In this document: in pieces, positions 1-7,720 of the stretch
Layout: each line of letters begins with the position of its first letter
Numbering within the stretch: the stretch's first letter is position 1
Source of the DNA: a virus
Taxonomy: Duplodnaviria; Caudoviricetes
Direction: 5' to 3' (one strand)
Length of the DNA: 40,454 nt
Virus record (IMG/VR): IMGVR_UViG_3300037458_001574
Coordinates: 1 to 40,454 of that record
Program-made: the position numbers and the translations under genes
The notes under the pieces: model-generated
The model's database searches: none
What the model was told of the DNA's origin: nothing
What the model saw: the letters and a program-made list of their open reading frames with translations, nothing else

Positions 1-126
1 CCGTGCCACGCCCCGCCAAGCCCCGCCACGCCGAGCCTGCCCCGCCCTGCCCAGCCGTGCCGCGCCGTGCCGTGCCAAGCCCAGCCTTGCCTGCCCTGCC
101 TGCCCTGCCTCGCCGGGCCACGCCCC
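1..126. repeat. Terminal overlap identical to 40309..40434 (circular assembly)
   Basis: Base-by-base identity at offset 40308; diverges at position 127 vs 40435. Confidence 0.9.
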
Positions 127-170
127 GCCCCGCCGTGCCCCGCCCCGCCTGCCCAGCCTTGCCCAGCCGT
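1..170 (-). ncRNA. GGC-NN pentamer array, 5' part (candidate guide-RNA array; continues across the junction to 40225)
   Basis: Parses without gaps into GCCNN/GCCT units on + (NN-GGC on -). Intergenic, between the stop of 184..717 and, circularly, the RAMP-like gene. The repeat is directly visible; RNA function is inferred. Confidence 0.75.
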
Positions 171-183
171 AACTGCCCCTCCA

Positions 184-717
184 TCACTCGCTCGCCGCCA
201 GGATCATCAACTCGATGGGCATCAACTCCTCGCGCAGCACCGCCGGCAGGCTGTTCATGATTTCCCGATGGATGCGCACCGCGCTGGCCGGCAGCAGCGT
301 GCAGCGCAACCGCGCTCGGACCAGGGCCAGGGCATCCTCAATTTCCCGCTGCCGCAGCATGGGGGACGTGTCGGGGATGATTTCCTGGGGAATGACAAAT
401 TCCTCAACCGGTTCCAGTTCCTGCTCGGCTTCCGGCTCCGACTCCGGTTTCGGTTCTGGCGCGGGTGATTCGGGCAGGGCTCGTGACGGGAATAACAGCA
501 GTTCCGCGCCCGCATGGGTGAGGGACCAGGCGCCGCCCATGGTGGGGGGTTCCGTCACCAGCCCCAGGTTATAGAGTCGGTTCAGCGCCGACGAAACCTG
601 CTGCTTGGAAATTCCAGACGCCTCGGCGATCTCGCTGCGGGTGCCGGCGGTAATGGCGCCCAGCCCGCGCAGGGTTTTCCGGGTCAGTTCCCCGAGGTCC
701 ATCAAGGTCAGCGCCAT
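184..717 (-). CDS. Winged-helix (MarR-like) DNA-binding protein with a Pro/Glu-rich linker
   Basis: N-terminal TRSEIAEASGISKQQVSSALNRLYNLGLV...WSLT wHTH pattern; part of the leftward early operon. Confidence 0.7.
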   Translation of the reverse strand: MALTLMDLGELTRKTLRGLGAITAGTRSEIAEASGISKQQVSSALNRLYNLGLVTEPPTMGGAWSLTHAGAELLLFPSRALPESPAPEPKPESEPEAEQELEPVEEFVIPQEIIPDTSPMLRQREIEDALALVRARLRCTLLPASAVRIHREIMNSLPAVLREELMPIELMILAASE

Positions 718-851
718 GGCCGTTCCACCTTCTCGCAGACGGGCATGAGGTAGCCGTCGATGCGGTCGTGGTACACGGTGCGCGGCTGGTCATCATCCGC
801 CACGGCCAGTAAATACCCCACCAAAAAAATCATGAACTCGTCGGTGCTCAT
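708..851 (-). CDS. Small hypothetical protein (47 aa, MSTDEFMIFLVGYLL...)
   Basis: C-terminal part of track ORF 708..1292; ATG at 851 overlaps the upstream stop (ATGA) and has a GAGGTGGG SD. Confidence 0.5.
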   Translation of the reverse strand: MSTDEFMIFLVGYLLAVADDDQPRTVYHDRIDGYLMPVCEKVERPWR

Positions 852-1258
852 ACCCACCTCCCCACCATCAGGCCGGCGATGAAGCTGGTCGCCATCAGCA
901 GCAGGGTCAGTACGGCGCGGCCCACCCCGATCGGTTCCACCACGTCGTCCAGTCGGTAGGACTTCTCCGGTTGCCAATCGGGCGATTCGCCGCGCGTAGC
1001 CATCGGGGCATCCAATGGCCGCCGCCGAACCGCCTGGAGGTCTTCCTGCACCGTGGGCGCTGGGTGATCGCCGGCCAGCACCAGCCGGGCGGCGTCGCGC
1101 TGGGCACGGTCGGCGGCTTGTTTCTCGGCTAATACCTGGGTGCGGGCGCGCTCGAAGGCCCGCTGACTGGTTTGATTCGGGCGGGGCGCGGGCGGATTCA
1201 GCGCGTTGCCGTCCCGGTCCTTGATTGCGAAGTGGTAGGGGTAAGTCGTCGTTTTCAT
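848..1258 (-). CDS. Hypothetical protein with a C-terminal transmembrane helix; first gene of the PL operon
   Basis: GGAGA SD before the ATG; hydrophobic tail AVLTLLLMATSFIAGLMVG. Confidence 0.65.
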   Translation of the reverse strand: MKTTTYPYHFAIKDRDGNALNPPAPRPNQTSQRAFERARTQVLAEKQAADRAQRDAARLVLAGDHPAPTVQEDLQAVRRRPLDAPMATRGESPDWQPEKSYRLDDVVEPIGVGRAVLTLLLMATSFIAGLMVGRWV

Positions 1259-1270
1259 GGGCTGTCTCCG

Positions 1271-1310
1271 AAAAAGCCCGCCAGCCCTTCATGGGCCTGG
1301 ACTGGCGGGA
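1271..1310 (-). terminator. Intrinsic terminator/attenuator in the PL leader
   Basis: Minus strand CCCGCCAGTCC...GGGCTGGCGGG stem followed by CTTTTT, just before the first gene. Confidence 0.6.
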
Positions 1311-1394
1311 ATACCACCAAAGGAGGATGGGCCCGCCGCCTGCCTTCGGCGCCAGCCGGCTCTAGGGAAGAGCGGCAGGTGACGGGTTGAGGGA

Positions 1395-1434
1395 ATCATA
1401 TCAAGCTTGCTTGAGGGATTGCAAGCGGTCTTGA
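1395..1434 (-). promoter_or_regulatory. PL promoter with two operators (OL)
   Basis: TTGCAA (1424-1419)-18 bp-TATGAT (1400-1395); 14-bp palindromes TCAAGCTTGCTTGA (1401-1414) and GCAAGCGGTCTTGA (1421-1434). Confidence 0.7.
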
Positions 1435-1484
1435 ATCCATAGCCGCAAAAAATCCCGCGCCCCTCCTGCCGCGTTTTTCGCCGC

Positions 1485-1832
1485 TTACAGCGCCAGCGTT
1501 TCCGCCAGTTGGCGGATGGCCTTGACCTCTTTCGGTTCCAGCCGCCCCGTGGTCACGATCTCGGTGATCTTGTCGAGGTCGGCCTGGTAGGTCGGGGCGG
1601 GTTCCCGGATCTCGTCGCCGTAGCGCAAGAATTCCGCCGTGGTGTTCAGCGCGCGCGCCAGTTCCGAAAGGTAAGCCGGCGCCTTGGTTTTGCCGATCTC
1701 GATGTCCGATACCGCTTGCGGGGTGATGCCCGCCGCTTGCGCTACCTGGGTCTGCGTCATCCGCCGAAGTTGACGCAAGGCCCGAATGCGTTGCCCGATG
1801 GTGTTCATCCGCGTCAATCCCCTGTCGCTCAT
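1485..1832 (-). CDS. cI: CI-like repressor (Xre HTH, phage 434-like), no peptidase domain
   Basis: IGQRIRALRQLRRMTQTQVAQAAGITPQAVSDIEIGKTKAPAYLSELARAL resembles the 434 repressor N-domain; divergent from a cro-like gene. Confidence 0.85.
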   Translation of the reverse strand: MSDRGLTRMNTIGQRIRALRQLRRMTQTQVAQAAGITPQAVSDIEIGKTKAPAYLSELARALNTTAEFLRYGDEIREPAPTYQADLDKITEIVTTGRLEPKEVKAIRQLAETLAL

Positions 1833-1838
1833 CCCTTT

Positions 1839-1905
1839 AGACTACTCAAGCCGGCTTTAGTGTCAAGCAAGGGGGGTTGCACCGCCTCAAGTTAGCTTGT
1901 ATGCT
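1839..1905. promoter_or_regulatory. Divergent PRM/PR promoters with OR operators
   Basis: PRM (-): TTGACA 1866-1861, 16 bp, TAGTCT 1844-1839. PR (+): TTGCAC 1877-1882, 17 bp, TATGCT 1900-1905. Operators TCAAGCCGGCTTTA (1846-1859) and TCAAGTTAGCTTGT (1887-1900). Confidence 0.75.
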
Positions 1906-1913
1906 TGCCCGCC

Positions 1914-2129
1914 ATGGAAACGATCAAAAGGGCTATCGAGATTCTGGGCGGCGCGAAGGCGCTGGCCGACCAAGTGGGCGTCAGCCAGCAGGCGGTGCAT
2001 TTGTGGAAATCGGGGAACACTCAGCTCCTCGCTCGCCATGCGGCGGCCATCGAACGCGCCACCGGCGGGCGAGTGACCGCCCGCGAAATTGGCGTCGAGT
2101 GCGCCGAAATGCTCCAGCGCGCCGCCTGA
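1914..2129 (+). CDS. cro: Cro-like (YdaS family) HTH regulator
   Basis: AIEILGGAKALADQVGVSQQAVHLW...AIERATGGRVT is a typical Cro/YdaS pattern. Confidence 0.85.
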   Translation: METIKRAIEILGGAKALADQVGVSQQAVHLWKSGNTQLLARHAAAIERATGGRVTAREIGVECAEMLQRAA

Positions 2130-2301
2130 CATGATTCTTTTGGCCACAACGGCACACTCCAAGCCGGTGGGTTTACCTTCCCGCCGCGCCCACGGTCACT
2201 GTCGGGCCACCGGACCGCGCGTTGTCCGGGCTGTCATCATCGGCGAACAAGCGCGAAGGGGTGCTCCTTCCCCGTTTCTCCTCCTGTTGGTGGTGGACCC
2301 G

Positions 2302-2329
2302 TGCCCGGCGGGCAAACCGGGCATTTCTT
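2302..2329 (+). terminator. tR1-like terminator after cro
   Basis: TGCCCGG...CCGGGCA stem followed by TTTCTT. Confidence 0.5.
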
Positions 2330-2345
2330 CCCCTGGAGCGAACGA

Positions 2346-2576
2346 ATGATTCCTATGGATGAGGCGCTGGAAACGGCGATCTCGACGGTCATGACCTGCG
2401 CCCCGAGCAACTGCCTGCACGAGGCGGCGTGTTTCAAGCTGGCGCGGTTCGCCCGCGAGCAGATTCGGGCTGCGGTTCCGCCACCCCCGCCACCGGCGCC
2501 GGTGGACCCCGACGAGGTACAGCACTATGCGCCGGCGTTCCTGGACGCCTGCATCGGCGGCTGGGAGGCGGCATGA
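2346..2576 (+). CDS. Hypothetical protein
   Basis: GGAG SD, ATG at 2346, stop overlaps the next ATG. Confidence 0.55.
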   Translation: MIPMDEALETAISTVMTCAPSNCLHEAACFKLARFAREQIRAAVPPPPPPAPVDPDEVQHYAPAFLDACIGGWEAA

Positions 2577-2794
2577 GCGAACGCACCGCCCATTACCGGG
2601 CGATGAAAATCGAGCCGTGGGATGCCTGGGGCGCGTGGTTGACGCCGGAACAGTTGACCGGGGCCTATCTCGCCAACTGCCTGAAGTACCTGGCGCGGTT
2701 TAACGCGACGGGGCAGGGCAAGGGTGGCCTGGATGACCTCTACAAGGCCCGCGATTACCTCAATCAACTCATCGCCCTGGAAGAACAGCCATGA
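2573..2794 (+). CDS. DUF3310-family phage protein
   Basis: HY...IEPWD...ANCLKYLAR...KGGLDDLYKARDYL motif; ATGA coupling at both ends. Confidence 0.8.
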   Translation: MSERTAHYRAMKIEPWDAWGAWLTPEQLTGAYLANCLKYLARFNATGQGKGGLDDLYKARDYLNQLIALEEQP

Positions 2795-3021
2795 GCACGC
2801 GCAAAGTGAAGGATGTGGTGGTGAAAACCCGCACTTATACCGACCGCAACGGCGAGAAGAAGGGCGTCTGGCAAAACATCGGGGCGATCTGGCAGGGTGA
2901 TGACGGCAATGAGTGGATGACCCTCAGCCGCTGGTTCAACCCGGCGGGAATCCCTACCGAAGAAGGCCGCGATACCATTTCGTGCTCGTTGTTCGTGCCC
3001 AAACCGAACGATGCACCATGA
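2791..3021 (+). CDS. Small phage protein, possibly ssDNA-binding
   Basis: TYTDRNGEKKGVWQNIGAIW beta-hairpin motif common in phage replication regions. Confidence 0.6.
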   Translation: MSTRKVKDVVVKTRTYTDRNGEKKGVWQNIGAIWQGDDGNEWMTLSRWFNPAGIPTEEGRDTISCSLFVPKPNDAP

Positions 3022-3251
3022 AAAAGCGGACGGTGCGGGCCTTGGCGGCGGCATGGATGCTACGCAGCCGCGAGGACGAGGAGACCGCGCGGCGGCCTTC
3101 CGCCAGCGACATCAAGGATTCGCTCAAGATGATGGCGCGGACGCGCCGCAACTGCGCCTGGGAGCTGCTGCGGCTGCTCAACGACGCGGAAAAAGCAAAC
3201 CCCTCCGAAGAGGGGTTGACCCGCCCACTGGCCGACCGTCAATCGGCGTAG
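3018..3251 (+). CDS. Hypothetical protein (MKKRTVRAL...)
   Basis: ATGA-coupled to the upstream gene; plausible helical protein. Confidence 0.5.
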   Translation: MKKRTVRALAAAWMLRSREDEETARRPSASDIKDSLKMMARTRRNCAWELLRLLNDAEKANPSEEGLTRPLADRQSA

Positions 3252-3285
3252 CGGGCTATCACGATGACTATGTAGGAGTCATGCG

Positions 3286-3537
3286 ATGAATGAAATTATA
3301 AAGCCGGGTTTGGATTTAGGAAAGGCCGAATACGGCCTGTGGATCGAATCGCCTTTTTGCTCCTACGCGGTCGAGTACATCGTGGCGCTGCTGGATTTTC
3401 TCTCCACCGTCACGGAGGAAACCGTCTGCGTAGACCTGGAACAGGCCGATGACCCTGACTGGTTGATGGACTGCCAGGATTACTACGACGCCGAGCTGCT
3501 GCTGGACTTCACCGGCAACCTGGACGCGCCGTTATGA
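3286..3537 (+). CDS. Very acidic small hypothetical protein
   Basis: AGGAG SD; D/E-rich C-terminal half; coupled to the primase gene. Confidence 0.6.
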   Translation: MNEIIKPGLDLGKAEYGLWIESPFCSYAVEYIVALLDFLSTVTEETVCVDLEQADDPDWLMDCQDYYDAELLLDFTGNLDAPL

Positions 3538-5741
3538 CCGCGCCCGCCGAATCCAGTCCGCCCAACTTGCTCCCCGCCGCGCTGGCTTACGTCAACCGGT
3601 TCCAGTGGCCGGTGTTCCCGGTGCATGGCATTCAGGACGGCCGCTGCACCTGCGGCAACGCCGACTGCAAGCGCCCCGGCAAGCATCCCATCGGCAAGCT
3701 TGCCCCGCAGGGCCTCAAGGACGCCACCCGCGACCCGGAGATCGTGACCACCTGGTGGCGGCTGGCCCCCTACGCCAACATCGGCGTGCCCACCGGCGCG
3801 CTCAGCGGCCTGGTGGTGCTCGACGTGGACGCGCACAAGTTCGGCGAAGATTCGCTGTTCGACCTCACCCAGCGGTTCGGCCAACTCCCCTTCACCGTCA
3901 TAGCCCTGACCGGCGGTGGCGGCTATCACTACCTGTTCGCCCATCCCGGCCCGCAGCTCAAGATCCGCAACAGCGTCGAAAATCTGGGACCGGGATTGGA
4001 CGTGCGCGGCGATGGCGGCTACATCGTGGTCGCGCCCTCCAGCCACGCCAGCGGCCGGCGCTACGAATGGGAGCTGTCCTGCCATCCCAAAGACGTGACC
4101 CTGGCTCCCCTACCGGACTGGTTGCTAGAGCGCATCGTGGACGCGCCCAGGGGCCTTCCTGACGCTGTTTCCCCGCCGTCTGCCGCGCGCCTGTACCCCG
4201 GCGAAATCCGCCGCCTCCGCGCCGCCCTCGCCTATCTCGACCCCGAACCCTACGACGGGTGGTTGAAGGTCGGCATGGCCCTGCACCACAGCGGTGATGA
4301 CGCGCAAGGCTTTGCCCTGTGGACCGAATGGGCGGGCCGGAGCAGCAAGTTCGATCTGGCCGACCATCAGCGGCGGTGGGCGTCGTTCAAGCGCGGCGGA
4401 CCGAATGCCGTCAGTCTGGGTTCGCTGTTCGCGGCGGCCAAGGACGCCGGCTACGTGCCCCCCGGCCCGCCCCCCGAGGAGCCGCCCCCCCCGCCCGACG
4501 CCCCCCCGGAGGATGGCGCGGATGGCGACGGTGACTGGCAGGCCCACTTGCGGCGCAACGGGCGCGACGAGATCCTGCCCAGCGCCGGCAACATCGAACT
4601 GATCCTCCAGCACCATCCCCACTGGGCCGGCGTGCTGGCCTACGACGAAATGAGCTACCAGACCGTCAAGCGCCGGGTGCCGCCCTATGCCGGCGGGCAG
4701 GTCGGCGAATGGCTGGATGCCGACGACGTCTGGTTGAGTATCTGGCTGGAACGGGCCTTCGCCATGCGCGCCCGCCATCAGACGGTCAGCGCGGTGGTGG
4801 CGGCGACGGCGCAACTGAACCCGTTCCATCAGGTCCGGGCCTGGCTGGAACAGTTGCCGCCCTGGGACGGTACCCCGCGCCTGCCCACGTTCTTCAGCGA
4901 CGCCTGTGGAGCCGCCCAGACCGCCTATACCGAGGCAGTGGGGCGCGCGTTCTTCGTGGCCGCCGTCGCTCGGGTGATGAAACCCGGCTGCAAGGTGGAC
5001 ACCATGCTGGTGTTGGAGGGCAAGCAGGGCGTGGGCAAGAGTAAGCTGATTCTGGCTCTGTTCGGCGCCCGCTGGCACATCGAAATCAGCTACCCGCCGG
5101 GCAGCCTGGATTTCTTTCAGGCGTTGCGCGGCTGCTGGTGCGCGGAATTCGGCGAGCTGTCGGCCTTCGACCGTGCCGATACCAACCGCATCAAGCAGGT
5201 GCTCACCCAAGTGCAGGACACGTTTCGCGCCAGTTATGGCCGGCATTCCGGGACCTATCCCCGCCAAGTGGTGTTCGTCGGCAATACCAACAAGCGGGAA
5301 TGGGGCTTCGACGAAACGGGCATGCGGCGCTTCCTGCCGGTGTTGTGCCAGGACATCCACGTCGAGTACGTCGAGCAGAACCGCGATCAGTTGTGGGCGG
5401 AAGGCTTGCAGCGGTTTCGGGAGGGAGAGACCTGGTGGGAGATTCCCGACGCCGACCGCGAACAGGATGCCCGCTACGACGTGGACGCCTGGGAGGAGAA
5501 AGCGGCGGCCTGGATCGCCCAGCGGGAGAAAACCATGGCCGCGCTCGGCAAGCCCTGCCAGTTTTCCATCAACGACCTCTACGAGGAGGCGATCTACGGG
5601 CTGAACGCGCGCAACGTGCCGCCGATCAGTCGCGGCGATCAGATCCGGCTGGGGCGAATCCTGACCCGGCTGAAGTTCCAACGCACCCGCGAACGGGTGA
5701 ACGGCGCGCGCCAGTACCTCTACGAGCGGGAGTCGGCCTGA
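3534..5741 (+). CDS. Bifunctional primase-polymerase + PriCT-2 + VapE-like helicase
   Basis: WPVFP...GKHP, NIGVPTG...VLDVD, TGGGGYHY, DVRGDGGYIV (Prim-Pol); YDGWLKVGMALH (PriCT-2); GKQGVGKS Walker A and TGMRRF (VapE). Confidence 0.92.
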   Translation: MTAPAESSPPNLLPAALAYVNRFQWPVFPVHGIQDGRCTCGNADCKRPGKHPIGKLAPQGLKDATRDPEIVTTWWRLAPYANIGVPTGALSGLVVLDVDAHKFGEDSLFDLTQRFGQLPFTVIALTGGGGYHYLFAHPGPQLKIRNSVENLGPGLDVRGDGGYIVVAPSSHASGRRYEWELSCHPKDVTLAPLPDWLLERIVDAPRGLPDAVSPPSAARLYPGEIRRLRAALAYLDPEPYDGWLKVGMALHHSGDDAQGFALWTEWAGRSSKFDLADHQRRWASFKRGGPNAVSLGSLFAAAKDAGYVPPGPPPEEPPPPPDAPPEDGADGDGDWQAHLRRNGRDEILPSAGNIELILQHHPHWAGVLAYDEMSYQTVKRRVPPYAGGQVGEWLDADDVWLSIWLERAFAMRARHQTVSAVVAATAQLNPFHQVRAWLEQLPPWDGTPRLPTFFSDACGAAQTAYTEAVGRAFFVAAVARVMKPGCKVDTMLVLEGKQGVGKSKLILALFGARWHIEISYPPGSLDFFQALRGCWCAEFGELSAFDRADTNRIKQVLTQVQDTFRASYGRHSGTYPRQVVFVGNTNKREWGFDETGMRRFLPVLCQDIHVEYVEQNRDQLWAEGLQRFREGETWWEIPDADREQDARYDVDAWEEKAAAWIAQREKTMAALGKPCQFSINDLYEEAIYGLNARNVPPISRGDQIRLGRILTRLKFQRTRERVNGARQYLYERESA

Positions 5742-5744
5742 TGT

Positions 5745-5978
5745 TGTCCCTATGTCCCTATCTGCTGTCCCTATCTTGTCCCTATCTCTTCGCCCGTAAC
5801 CTGTTGACTGCGAAAGGATTGCCCTATGTCCCTATACGATTCCCCGCGCACGCACACATGCGCCTACGCGCGCGCGCACCCCTACGCCTGATGAATCCTA
5901 TAGGGACAAATAGGGACATAGGGACACGATTGATTCGTAAAGAAAAATTTGTCCCTATCTTGTCCCTATTGTCCCTAT
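5745..5978. repeat. Iteron cluster, putative replication origin
   Basis: TGTCCCTAT at 5745, 5753, 5766, 5777, 5827, 5950, 5961 and 5970; inverted ATAGGGACA at 5900, 5910 and 5918; directly after the primase-helicase gene. Confidence 0.8.
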
Positions 5979-6020
5979 AACAAAAGAGTACAGTCTTTTT
6001 AACGAACCTGGAGCGACTGG

Positions 6021-6395
6021 ATGAAAGCGTTTATCCCCTGCGTGGCCGGTCAAAACCCGTTCGCGGAATGCCTGGTCGAAGCGCGCGGCAACCTGATCCG
6101 GTTCGCCGGCCATGCGACCATGGAGTTCGCCCCGGCGGATGCGCTGCGATTGGCCGAGCTGCTCCAGCAGTGGGCGGCGCCGCTGACCCGGCCGGACGCC
6201 GCCGATGCTTTGCCGCCGTTGGCTCAGGAGGTCATCAACCGATTCCAGTCGATGTTTCCCGATGACAGCGACTGGACAAAGCAGGCGAGCATCGAATATC
6301 TGGTGGATTCGGCGCGGGACCTGTTCATGATTTTGGCGCTGGCGGTGGAGACCCTCCGGCAAGAACAGCTACGGCTGACCAGCGATGGCCGATAA
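6021..6395 (+). CDS. Hypothetical protein
   Basis: GGAG SD; overlaps the endolysin start. Confidence 0.65.
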   Translation: MKAFIPCVAGQNPFAECLVEARGNLIRFAGHATMEFAPADALRLAELLQQWAAPLTRPDAADALPPLAQEVINRFQSMFPDDSDWTKQASIEYLVDSARDLFMILALAVETLRQEQLRLTSDGR

Positions 6396-6870
6396 AGCCC
6401 TCTTCCTGGCTGCCGAGTTCGTGAAGCCGTTCGAGGCTGGCCCCCAAGGCGGGTTTGCCCGCGTGGCGTATTTCTGCCCCGCCGGCAAGCAGACGGTGGG
6501 CTGGGGGCACGTCATTCGCGGCAACGAGCGGATACAAACCCCGTTATCCGAAGAGGCTGCTGAGGGCATCCTGTACCGGGACCTGATGCAAGCTTACGAG
6601 ACCGTGCTGGTTCTCGTCGATGTGCCGCTGACCGACTCGATGATCGCGGCGTTGACCTCGTTCACCTTCAACCTCGGTGGCAATGCCTTGAGTGCGAGCA
6701 CGTTGCTGAAAAAACTGAACGCGGGCAACTACCGCGCTGCCGCCGACGAGCTGCCGCGCTGGAACAAGGCGCGTGATCCGAAAACCGGCCAGGTGCGCGC
6801 GCTGGCGGGATTGACCCGGCGCCGGAAAGCCGAACGGGAATTGTTTCTGCGCGAGGGGATACCGGGATGA
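6385..6870 (+). CDS. Endolysin, GH24 phage lysozyme
   Basis: FE...AYFCPAGKQTVGWGH, ALTSFTFNLG, STLLKKLNAG, GLTRRRKAERELF. Confidence 0.93.
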   Translation: MADKALFLAAEFVKPFEAGPQGGFARVAYFCPAGKQTVGWGHVIRGNERIQTPLSEEAAEGILYRDLMQAYETVLVLVDVPLTDSMIAALTSFTFNLGGNALSASTLLKKLNAGNYRAAADELPRWNKARDPKTGQVRALAGLTRRRKAERELFLREGIPG

Positions 6871-6985
6871 AATGCCAAACCTGTGTCGCGTATTGCCGCT
6901 TCTGCGAGCAATGGCGGCTGTTCTACCGCTATGCCGACGGGGCCAGCCGCGCGTGGATCTGCCAGGGCTGCACGAGAGAACGGAC

Positions 6986-7096
6986 ATGATGCTGCGCGTG
7001 TTGGAATGGCTGCTCATCGTCGCGATGTTCTTTCTGGGCTTCGTGGTCCTGCCGCTGCTCGCTTTCCGGCTGCTGGGCCTGCTACTGGGGGCGTGA
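6986..7096 (+). CDS. Small single-pass membrane protein in the lysis block
   Basis: MMLRVLEWLLIVAMFFLGFVVLPLLAFRLLGLLLGA; GAGAG SD. Confidence 0.5.
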   Translation: MMLRVLEWLLIVAMFFLGFVVLPLLAFRLLGLLLGA

Positions 7097-7140
7097 TGGA
7101 TTGGTTGCTACGGCATCTGCGCGAACTTCTTAAATCATAA
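7093..7140 (+). pseudogene. Truncated original 5' end of the holin-like gene (MDWLLRHLRE...)
   Basis: Resembles the N-terminus of 7713 (LRWLLTRLKE); stops just inside the AT-rich HNH insert. Confidence 0.5.
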
Positions 7141-7150
7141 GGATACGGCG

Positions 7151-7720
7151 ATGACATCGGAAATCATCCCTTTTACAGAAAAAGAGATGCAAACAGAAAT
7201 TTGGAAGCCGGTTGCGGTCGATGGGTTTGGACATCTTTACGAAGTATCTAATTTAGGGCGCGTTCGACGTATGACGGATAGTTGCTATCATGCGTCATGG
7301 AAAAAAGGGAAAGTATTAGCGCAGGTCCTACAGCGTCCTTATGGGCATATAAAAATTGAACTTTATAATCAGAATAATAGAAAATCTATATGGTTACATC
7401 GTTTGGTTTTGTTGACTTTTGTTGGCAAACAACCAACTGATAAACATGAATGCGCGCATATTGATGGCAACGCATGTAATAACCGTTTATTAAATCTTCG
7501 ATGGGCAACAAGCGCAGAAAACAAAGAAGACGCAAGAAAACATGGGACAATGGTTGTTGGAAGCATCCATCCTAATGCAAAACTTAATGAATCAACTATA
7601 CAAGAAATCTTGAATCTCAGAACAAACGGATTAACACAAAAAGCAATAGGAGATCGTTATGGTGTTCATCGAGTAACAATCGGTAAAATACTGCAAAGAA
7701 GGAGATGGAAACATGCTTAG
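7151..7720 (+). CDS. NUMOD4-HNH homing endonuclease with C-terminal HTH
   Basis: EIWKPV...YEVSNLGRVR (NUMOD4); HRLV...HIDGNACNNRLLNLRW...EN (HNH); markedly AT-rich relative to its flanks. Confidence 0.92.
   Translation: MTSEIIPFTEKEMQTEIWKPVAVDGFGHLYEVSNLGRVRRMTDSCYHASWKKGKVLAQVLQRPYGHIKIELYNQNNRKSIWLHRLVLLTFVGKQPTDKHECAHIDGNACNNRLLNLRWATSAENKEDARKHGTMVVGSIHPNAKLNESTIQEILNLRTNGLTQKAIGDRYGVHRVTIGKILQRRRWKHA

Noticed and set aside
1-184. ORFs through the array, including a TGATG-coupled 102-aa frame (MEGQLRLGKAG..., 184 across the junction to 40184) and track ORFs 3..260, 67..468, 40128..40337, 40180..40386, 40184..40429
   Set aside because: A 5-nt period with 4-nt interruptions does not fit codon-level selection, the repeat lacks stops almost by construction, and the products are G/A/R/W low-complexity. 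Translation of the coupled frame is not strictly excluded.
4125-5681. Long antisense ORFs (also 10730..12235, 12214..13470, 15896..17314, 23459..24919, 27492..29024)
   Set aside because: Shadows of well-supported + strand genes in high-GC DNA; no motifs.
5847-5858. CGCACGCACACA in the origin matches the ungapped concatenated NN of array block 4
   Set aside because: Only 12 nt of low-complexity alternating sequence, and the rest of the block does not match; probably chance.
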